A program made the translations under genes and the position numbers. Of a stretch of 64,000 bases of DNA, positions 45,538 through 56,200 are shown one piece after another. The DNA comes from Podarcis gaigeae (lineage: Eukaryota), in the NCBI GenBank assembly GCA_964106915.2, contig OZ066922.1; one strand, given 5' to 3'. The notes under the pieces are model-generated. The model saw only the letters and a program-made list of their open reading frames with translations, was not told the origin of the DNA and searched no databases. Each line of letters opens with the position of its first letter. The stretch's first letter is position 1.

Positions 45538-48500
45538 TGCTAGCAGTCATTCCACACCCAAACAAGAATCACATTTTATTGCTTCCAAACTACACACAGT
45601 TAGTAATGGGCAATGCTCTTGCTCCACAAAGGTTTACAAGTCACTGCCCATATGTGTTCCTCACAGTGGAAAAGGGCAGCAACAGAAAAAAAACTGTCAC
45701 CAGCCTGAGCACCACAGAAGTAACCAGTACAAGTGCACATCATAAGGACAAGAAACAGTAAGTTATCAGTACAGGCTACAGAACCTTACTAATGCAACTG
45801 TAATTATGACACTTTTGACATACATTTGGAAAGCTAAAAAGCAGGTTGTTATAGAAGAGGATTCTGTGGTCTCTATTTCTGCCTCTTGGATATTTTTACA
45901 TGATCTTTTAGTGCATCTGTGGCTATGGTAAATAATCCAATGAACCCGGACACCTAAATACAGCACAACCAATAATATGGCCTCTCTAGTTTATGAATAG
46001 TGTCTGTGATAGTTGGCAATTCCAGATTGAAGCTCCACTACAAGTTTAAAAGTATACCTTTTTTCCTAGAGTTTTTCATTTGCAGGCATTCAACAAATTT
46101 TGTGGCTCATATTGCTATAAGTGATTTTTGTAATTTGCTCCCTTTAAGGAAGCTGTTTACTACTTGTTTGTCTTATTAAGATATTTTAATGCTTGCTTCA
46201 TTTCCTAGTTGAGTCCAGCAATATGCACTCAAGTGCCCAAGATTTTTATGAAATCCATTTTTTCTATAAGCCAAACTTTAAGTGTTATTTGGTTGTGCCG
46301 TAGAGCTTAATTTGGAGATAAATATTTTTTCCAGCTAATAGCCATTTTTGTGAGAATGCAATTTGAAACGTTGTGGGTTAGATCCAGATTGATGAGCAGA
46401 ACTCTGCTCCCATAATGGGTCTCTGCTGGCTCATCCCCCAGCACTGCTCCCCAAAAGCAACTACAAAAGTCAAGGAACCAATCCGGAATGGATAGGGCAG
46501 GGAAAGCAGTGCTTAGAATGAGAAAGTGGGAGAATTCAGTAGGACTGCCTTGAGCAGGTGGAAATGCAAGAAGCCGCCTCTGGTTTCAAGTCTGTAAAAG
46601 GAACTTTTATGCGAGCAGCTGGATTTGCCTTCCCACAATGTATCATACAGTCACAGGTTCAAAAGCTTTTGGAGAAACGTTGATAGTGAAAGTGATACAC
46701 ATAGATGTCTACATGTTTTTCCATGTAGCCCTCTCACCTCACACCACATAGAGAAAAAACAATGTGAACAGCTATGTGAAAAAATAAATGGCTGCTTGTG
46801 TGTTTTCAATGTGTATTTGTTTCTTTCTAAAGAAACAGTGCAGATATACTAGTATATTGTCTTACGATTGTCACAATGCAATATTTAGTGAAAAACCCTG
46901 TTTTACAACATATTTCTATCTACTACCAGTCTCTTTAGGTTTTCACAGCTCAAAACTAGAGTAAGTGGTTCAACTACAAGTCTAGAATGAATTATTCTCA
47001 AAAAGAAATGGGCAAATATATATACAAGCTAAACAGCTACTGGAATACATTGGTCCAGTTCAGTTGTAGCCATTTGTCTGATAAATCATAGGTATTTGAC
47101 CAGGAGCTACTGACTCATGCATTTTCCCCTTCCCCCTAGTAGCCATCTTCAATAAAGCTTGCCTACTTTCTTTAAATGTTTCCCAGAATGTCTGCACATG
47201 CAAACTGTGGCTTAAGGGCTACCTTCCAAATTAGCTTCAAATTCTTTTTTGGAGGTAATCTGAATGTCCAAGAAGGTGGTAGTTTAAGAATTCAAGAAAA
47301 CTTTGCCAAACTGAACACATGAGGCGCAGGGCAAGAGATGGTTTGTCTCTTGTCCAATAAACTATACTTTAGCAGACCAGGATCATTACAGCTGAATGAG
47401 ACCAATGTATTTAAAAACCAATGAAGAATGGCCTTATTAAGTTTAGTTATTATACCTAAGCATTACAGCCATATAGGATAGCTACATCAATATCTGTAAT
47501 TAAGGAAAACAGCTTTACAAAAAATCAACAATACATTTAAAGAAGGAAGATACAAATTTGTTCCAGTAAGGAATGAGAATTTCAAAATATTTACAACACA
47601 ACTGGTGGCTTCAAAACTTTAGAAACCTCTTTCCTAAAAATTGTCAACTATGATTGTTAGCACCATTGAAAAGAATATTTATACTGCCTGAAACTGGGTA
47701 TGTTAGCATTATATCACTTTGTGCTCTGTTGATAATCATTTTCATTTAATATGTTAGTTTTTACAAAAATAAAATAAAACCCTAAAACTAGTCGGTTTGC
47801 TGGTTTATATTTTAATTGTTACATAATCTAGCCCAGAGTTTTGGTAGAATGACAACTCAAACATTCCTGGAGTGGAACTATGGTTCCACTCATCACTAGC
47901 ATTAGGGAGTTGACAAAGTTTATAATCTATCAGTCTTCCTTAGGTTTATCATCTGACAGGAAAAGATGAACTCGTTAAAAAGAAAAAAATACAGATTGTA
48001 CTGGAAGGGCTCAGGTAGACTCAGCCTACCAAATTCCTACAGGTCCAAATTGATGAAATCACAGGAACAATGTAGATGCTACTATTCACATGCACAATGT
48101 TGCATCAGCTTTATTTTTTGCAGAGCCATTGATTCTTATTTAATACTATTGTAGTAAACAAATAATGTGACAACTATATATGAATACATACCTTAAAATC
48201 TTTTCTGGTATATTTTCTAGAATTTTCTATTGCCTCTATATTTAAAGCATTTAGTATAGAAGATCAAGGTTTCTTTTAAGTAAAATAAATGAAATTTCTT
48301 AAATTAAAAAAGGTTGTCAATTAAGCCATTTCAAAGAAAAACCCAAATGGAATCAAGTGTGCAATAAATGTACCTTATAGCATACAGAAAAGGAAAATAC
48401 ATTTACAACAGTTTCAGCCAGGAATGATTTTTGTATACATTCTGATACCATGAACCACTAGATGCAGTGCTCATATATAACCAGGTACACACTTCTCTGT

Positions 48501-50094
48501 GAAGACAAATCTCCAACTAATGGGAGAAAATAGGGTTGTCCCTATACAGAGAGAGCTCATATGGACTTTTTCGATTGTACCCCAATGCATTTTGCAGATA
48601 TCACATTTCTCTTGAAAGATTTCTTGTATTGCACAAAAGTGATCAAACACCTCTAAAAATAGGTGTAGATACTGAAAAGAAGCCCTCTGTGATCCACTCC
48701 ATCTCTCTTGTCAGGGCTCTACTGCTCTGGTAGAAAGGAACTTCAATAAGCATTTTATTTCCCATAAGTTAGATATCATCAATTTTGCTTTGTCCTTTTT
48801 TTTACTGTTCTAGATAAATTATTACTTTTAGATGTCACAGGTTTTAGATAATACTTCCAGCATATGTAATGCCTACAATGTTGCCATGTGGCATCATATG
48901 TTCTTCCCATGGCTTTCTGCTGCACTCTTCTTCCTTATCAGCAGTCTAATTAGTCGATTATCAGTTAGTAAAATGAAATAGGAATTTGCTCAATTCCAAT
49001 ATCAATTCTTACAACTAAGCCAGCATGTTTCAGGAACTGACCAGCAACGACTCAGTCTCAGCTTCAGATTTGAAGCGCACATGAAGTAAGTACAAGGCAC
49101 TTTAAAAAGATTAATCTTTGAACTAATTACCCTATCCCTAAAGCAAGGCTACCTGTAACTAAAGTTTGATTAGAAGCATTTTAAACATGCTTATTCAATA
49201 GTTGAAGAATCTTTAGATTGTCTCGGAATATGCCATCTGAGTTGCCTTCTTCAATACAAAATAGCAGTGTATTAAAGAAAATTTACTTAATTGCCCAATT
49301 ATCTTCTACTGAATATTTGGAGCTCTAGTATTCTTAAGCTTTAGCTGTGAACTTAAGTGACAAAAGAAAGAGGGAAATAGAGCAATGGTTGATATGTGAA
49401 GGCAGTTACAACATCTTAAATAAAAATAGTCTAGTACAGGAAAATATATTTAACTTAATATATTTATGATTAAATGCAAAGACCTATTTAAAAACAAAAG
49501 TTTTAACTCTGGCAATGTTTACGCATGCTGCCATGAGAAAAATCAAACAAATAGTCTTCAATAAACAGAAGTAAAGCTTTTTTCTCATACACCCAAATCA
49601 TTTAACCTGCTAGTGTGTTTCCCCACCCCAGTAGTGTAATAATAAAAGACCATGTGTTCCAGGTTAGAAGAGAGAGAGTGTTCCAGGTTAGAAGAGAGAG
49701 AAAATACAACCTAATTCATTTAAAACAAAAGCTATTTCTGTTCAAGAAGTATTGCAACATCTCTGGTTGTAAGCTAACACCAGTCAAATATGGAAAAGAA
49801 GCTATTGCTAGAGAAAATGTAGCACAACAAGAACCTGTTTCATCTGCTAGGTATACAAAAATTCTGAGGATCTGTGGTACAGAAAGGATCTTTGTCTCTA
49901 AAAAGTTCTTACCTTCAGCAAATAGTATACAGACCTAAGTAAGTGTTGATTGTCCAAGCTCTCTCAACCACTTTTTAAATAAAAAAAATAGATGTATAAA
50001 ACTTTGTGATCACTAAGTGAAGTTTTTGGTTAAATATGAGAATCCCAGTCAAGTGCATAATTTTTATAGACAGAATCCAAAGGAATGCACATTA

Positions 50095-50246
50095 CTATAT
50101 TTCGTTTCTTAAGGCAAGGACTACATCGTAATCCAAAAGATGTTTTTTGACTTTTTCATGAAACTTCTCTCTATACTGGTTGAAGTACATAATACTTTCA
50201 GGCTTTTCTTCAAACCAAAATTTGTCAAATTCGTAAGCCAAATAAC
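50095..50246 (-). CDS. ELMOD2: ELMOD2 last exon, coding part (152 nt; TAG followed by TAA)
   Basis: ttacag|GTTATTTG; YLAYEFDKFWFEEKPESIMYFNQYREKFHEKVKKHLLDYDVVLALRNEI*. Confidence 0.96.
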
Positions 50247-53200
50247 CTGTAAAGACCAAAACATAGAAAGTGTATTGAGACAACACATGAGTTTGCCTCT
50301 AAGCAGCTTAAGAGCCATTAATTTCAGTATGTCTACTTGAGTAAATCTTAGCTGAATACCACCAAAGAGAGCTATTTCAGGCACATGCAACCAAAAGCTT
50401 GGACACTGGCACTATTTTTGAAATGTAGAAGCTATACCAAATTACTTTTGAAATTACAGTTTCAAATTTGGTATGCTTTGCATAAAATATGCACTTATAA
50501 GGAAAATCAATAATCTTGTATTTCCATATACTGTATGTATGCAACAAAGAAGAGGACACATACAATAGCATACTAAGCTTCGGGGAACACTACAAAAGAA
50601 TTTAGCAGTCATTTGTTTCATTTCCCATTATTATTATTATTAGTAGTAGTATAATATTCTATACCCGTAGATTATGGCTTGTTCATATAATTTATATATT
50701 TGTTCATATGACCATCTCTCTCAGCTTAATAACCTGTTAACCATAGATTCCCAAAACAGACAAAAGGGGGGACCATAGTTAACCGAAGACTTCCTGGTTG
50801 GTTTGTTCACTTGAAAGGGCTAAACACAAAGCCATAGGGTTCACTCCTATCTTGGGTTATTAAGCAAATATATTATTTTTGGAACACATGCAATATGTGC
50901 CAAAAAAGTCAAAGCTTACAGTGGTGTGTATGGTGCCACTCTTCTGTAGACAAATACACATAATAGACGCTTGATTACATTTATTTCTTCTCCAGTAGTG
51001 TAATGTGTGTATAAGTGTATAATGTGTGTATAAGGCCTTTGAAATTCATCTTTCATTTAAATATAGAGAAGCATTATTTTTCCTGAAAGCATATTGATAC
51101 TCCTTACTTGCGCCTTTGAGATGCAACAGCATTGACAGGAACATGGTAGGATTCAAAATGTTTTCCAGAAAACACAGCAGATACTTTTTTTAAAAAAGCT
51201 CTCTCCAAACGTTATGGTTGAACATATTAACAAAATAGAGAGAACATTCTGCCTCTAACTAAGTTCAGAAACAGCAGCTTCCAAACCACTGAAGTTGTTA
51301 TCCATATATAAAAGATAGTTGAAGATACTCACAATAAAACTGATGGAAGTCTTTCATTTGTGGTTCACCAGGAACCAAGTTGTAGAAGTGAGTTCTTAAA
51401 TGTCCATTCTTCAATAAATTGTAAGCCATTTCTGTCAAATTGATCCCAACTATTGCATAAGAATATCTGCAATACACAGACATTATAATCATTATACAGT
51501 GGTGCCTCGCAAGACGAAATTAATTCGTTCCGCAAGTTTTTTCGTCTTGCGAGTTTTTGTCTTGCGAAGCACGGTTTCCCATAGGAATGCATTGAAAATC
51601 AATCAATGCGTTCCTATGGAAACCGCCTTCAGACCAGGTCCGGGGACAGTCTGTCCCCCGATCTCTTCTGAAGGCTGGGGGGGGGGGACAAGGGCTTTTA
51701 AATCGCCCCAGGACAGCGGAGAAGTCCTCCGCTGTCCCGGGGTTTTTTAAAATGCTGGCGGGCGGCAGCAAAGGCTGCCTTCGAAGCCTGCCTTCAAAAG
51801 CCGTCCGGGATAGCGGGAAGCACTTCCCTGCTATCCCGGACTGCTTTTAAAATGCTGGCGGTGGGGAGCAAAGCCTTTCGGCCCCCGCCGGCCTTCCTGG
51901 ACCTCTTCTGAAGGCCAGAGGGGGGGAAAGGCTTTGCTCCCCACCGCCAGCATTTAAAAGAGGTCCCCGGAGATTTCCCTATGGGCTTTCTTCTTGCGAA
52001 GCAAGCCCATAGGGAAATTCGTCTTGCGAAGCAACTCGCAAACGGAAAACCCTTTCGTCTTGCGGGTTTTCCGTCTTGCAAGGCATTCGTCTTGCGGGGC
52101 ACTACTGCAGTTTTTGATTTCTGCATTTTAAGCAGTATAAATGTCAAGGATAACCAAAGGCAAACTATTTACCTTTATGATTATTTTAGAAGTTTTGAGA
52201 CATCTTCAGTGTTAACAATTTTTTTAAAAATATAAATTTATTCATTCTATGCATAACCTCCTAATTTAGCAATACTGCAATGTCTGCCTATTGTTCCAAG
52301 ACCATTCACTGGGCCCTAGTGTTACTAAAGTTAAACATGACTCCCATGTCCAAACACAATTTTCAAATTACTAAGAGAAGTGAATATAAGATACTTAAAA
52401 ACACCATTAAAACTACACTAAGGTAATTCAAATTATGCAATGTGTTCATATTATGCAAATTAAGCAATTTGCCTTTATTTGACCATTTTGCAGCATGTAC
52501 TCATTTGCTGCTAATGATAGGATGGGGCAAGAAGCTATTTGTATCTATGGGGTGTGTGGTGTAGAATGACAGCCATTTAAAAATGTGTGCTATTATCCCT
52601 CACCTAAAACAGGCTTCCCCAACTTGGCAGTCTCCAGAAGTTTTGAACTATAACCCCCCATCACTTCCAGCTAGCATGGTCAACAGTCAGAGATAATGGG
52701 AGTTGTAGTTCAAACATTTGGAAGGCACCTGGTTGGGGAACATCTCTTATGACATGGAAAAAATAAATTAAAAATTAAAAAACATTTATGAAATAGGCTT
52801 TATCTAATAATGATAGTGAGAGAAACAGTATCTTAAGCTTCAAGTACCAATTCACACTGCAGCAAATATTTTAAAATTAAGTTTAAAAGGCAGTATTGTT
52901 GAGGACAGCATTGCTATTTCATTTGGCTTTACTTTTAGGATTTTATGTGGGTAGAGCACTATTAAGGACTGCAACCTAGCAATCTGCTATGCTTACTGAT
53001 CCTGAAAAACAGGAACAAGGTATTTATAGACAGCCTCCAACTTGACATGCTTCCCATTTGCTCACATGCGTACATCATGTGGATGGAAGACACTGATTGT
53101 GTTTGTTCAAAACTACAAAGCAACATTTAATGCAGTTCCTTTAATGTAGGTGTCTAGTCCAATTTTACTGGATGAGTTTCAGTTATTAACGCCCAAGAAT

Positions 53201-56200
53201 GTTGATAAGATGCTTGGACAGGTTCAGCCTAATGGAAAATCCCTAAGGTTATACATATACAGTAGAGGAGCAAGAGAGAAAAAGTTACTAGGGTCTTTTG
53301 TGTGAAGACATCAACAGGACCACACACAACAGAGGTACAGTGGAAAAGTGAGATAGGACAGGCATAAGGCTAACATGCAGTGAAAAAATATTTTCGCTTA
53401 TGGGATCCCTAGAAATTACTGGATTACGCTCACAAATATAGAAGAGGAGGTGTAGAAGATAAATATACTTTCAGATTATTTATTAGAAACTAAAGTAATA
53501 ATGATAGCTTTGCTTTTTCAGGTTTAAGAGTCAATTATGACAGCAATTTTATTAAAAAGTAGCTTACCCCAGTTTTGGATTATTTGAGTGAGAAAGGATT
53601 TGACGAGCTTCACGGGGATAGTGTTTACTAAAATATCTGAAAATATATGTACACACAAAGTAACTATGTTTGCAAGAGACTGCTTATACTAGCAATGATT
53701 AAAAATTACTTTTCTAAACATTCACATTATAACCACGCCTTGCAAAGTCAATTGCTCTACAGTATAATTAATGGTGTTAATAAATTCATGAACAGTAAGA
53801 CAATAGCTTTTGAAATAAGATAGATTAATAACTAGATTGGCAGGTTGTTGAAGACTGAACCCAATACCCTCTTTTTAATAGCCATTTACATCAGCAAAAG
53901 AATACCCACTGTTATATAATATTTTTGACTTACAGGAGATTAGTTAATCCCAGCATGCCCATTCCTCTGAAGTCTGTTTTAGGGTCATCACCTTGGAAAC
54001 CAATGTCACACCACTGCTTCGTGATTCTAGCCTTCAGTTTTTCATGGGGCATCAACAAATTCCAAAGCTGTATAAATATGCTACTGTTAACAGAATTATC
54101 AGTATTTCCCCCAACTCATTCTAAATACAAATAGGTATCATTAATGAAACTGGATGCCATACAAAATGGCAAAATGGCATAAGCATCCTGAAACACAGGA
54201 TGCAAAGAAATGTATTAACAAGGAAGCTTTTTTTTTTCAGTGTGGCAAGCGATAAAGAGCTTTCATGGCAATCTGCTTTGGGCATGAAACTCTCCTGTGC
54301 ACATAGGAAGGACTCCCTGCTCATTTCAGTGGATCTAGGAACACAGTTTTCCTCCTCCTATTGAATTCAATGTAGCAGTTAGTCCAGAACTCCACATAGG
54401 CACCAGACTGAATGAACTTGTATTAAAGCATATGGACTCACAACCAACAAATATAAAACTGCAACCCACCAAAGTCACACTTGCTTTGCAGGTGTTGTCT
54501 AGCAGCTCACTAAAGAATGGCTGTTAAATTATCCCCTCCAGTCCAGCATTTTGTATCTGAGCTATCCCATGTGTTCTAGGCCTCAGTAACTAGAGTCATA
54601 CTACTATTAAAAATCAGATTGCAATTTTTAACAAACCTGGAAAAACACCAATTATTTTTCTAACCACCTCTCCTAATCTGTTTAATTCCTTTTTAAAGCT
54701 ATTTAAACAAGTAGCTATCATTGTATCCTGCCTGTGGCAATGAATTCCGTAAATTAAGTATGCTGTGTGAAATACTTCCTTTTGCCTTTTCGAAACTTAA
54801 TGCTAAATCAATTTCATTGGAGGGCCTTGTGTTTTAGTATTATTATGGGACACAACTTTCACCAATCCATTTCTTCACATCACTCATAACTGCATGAACT
54901 TCTATTGCAGATAAGAGTTGCTGATCTAGTGGCCTTACTACATTAGCCGGGCAATTTTAACTTCAGTAGACTGAGTTCATAATTGATGCTTGTTTCTAAC
55001 ATCACAAATTGGACATTAAATATGCCATAAGGGCACAAAACCTAATTTTTTACCTCCATTAGTTGCTCTTCATGTTTATTATTATCAGAGTTATATGGCT
55101 GTTTTCTCAGCTCTTCTACAGCCAAATAAAGTTTCTTACATCCTGATATCTGGAGCAAACTTAATTGCAGCTTTGAAGCAAACCTATAATATAGGAAAAC
55201 ACAGAGAGAATTATAATTAACAGCTGCAATAAAAGAGCACAGCTGTTAGTACCAGTTGAAAATCATATAACCTTCATTTCCCAGACCACCTTGCTTACCA
55301 TTCTAAACTATGACAAATAGGCCACAGAAGTTAGGGTATCCCTGTCCAGATAGGAGTGTGGCTGGACCACCAGCCAAAACTGACAGAAGGCACTCTGCTC
55401 CACCAAGGCCACCTGGGTCTCAAGCAACAGTAATGGATCCAGGAACACCCTCAAGCTACATACCTGCTCCTTAAGAGGGATTGTACCCTCCTCAAGAGCA
55501 GGAAGTCTCCCATCCATCCAGTCTAGGGAACCACCCACTAACAATGCCTTTGTCTTATCTGGGTTGAGCTTCAGTTTATTGGCTCTCATCCAGTCCACTA
55601 CCAAGGCAAGTCTAGCACATCCGTTGCCATGCCTCTAGATGTAAAGGATAAATAGAGCTGTGTGTCGCCCGCATATTGCTGACAACAGACTCTGAAACTC
55701 CAGGTGACTCCACTCAGCAGCTTCATATAGATATTAAACAACATGGGAGATAGAATTGAGCCCTCAGCAACAACACAATGAAACCCCAATGTTGCCGAAA
55801 AACATTTTTCAAGCATCACTCGCTAAAGATGACCGAGTAGGACCAGAACCACTGCAAAGCAGTGCTGCCCACCCCCAATTTAAATAGCCTCTACAGGAGT
55901 ATACAATGGCCAATGGTATCAAAAGGCGGGCACATTGCCAAAGTCTTTCTCCCAACAGAAGTCATTATAAGGTAATCAGGGCAGTTTCTGTGCCAAAGCC
56001 AAGCCGAAATCCCAATTGAAATGGATCTAGAAAACCAGTCTCCTCCAAGAGCACCTGGATCTGCTCAGTGACCACCTGCTCAAGAACGTTGCCCCCAAAA
56101 GGGAAGTTAGCAACTGGCCGGTATTTCCTTAGGTTCTCAGAATCATGTATTTTAGATAACGAATGTTACTGTGTATCATTCTATCTTCACTGAAGTCCAC

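Noticed and set aside
47966-48154. ORF containing LYWKG, reminiscent of UCP GLWKG
   Set aside because: Four-residue similarity only, no flanking carrier motifs or matching splice phase; not evidence of a UCP1 pseudo-exon.
51497-52107. Repeated cgtcttgcg units as a CRISPR-like or novel array
   Set aside because: Eukaryotic DNA; units are irregularly spaced subterminal repeats inside a TIR-bounded transposon.
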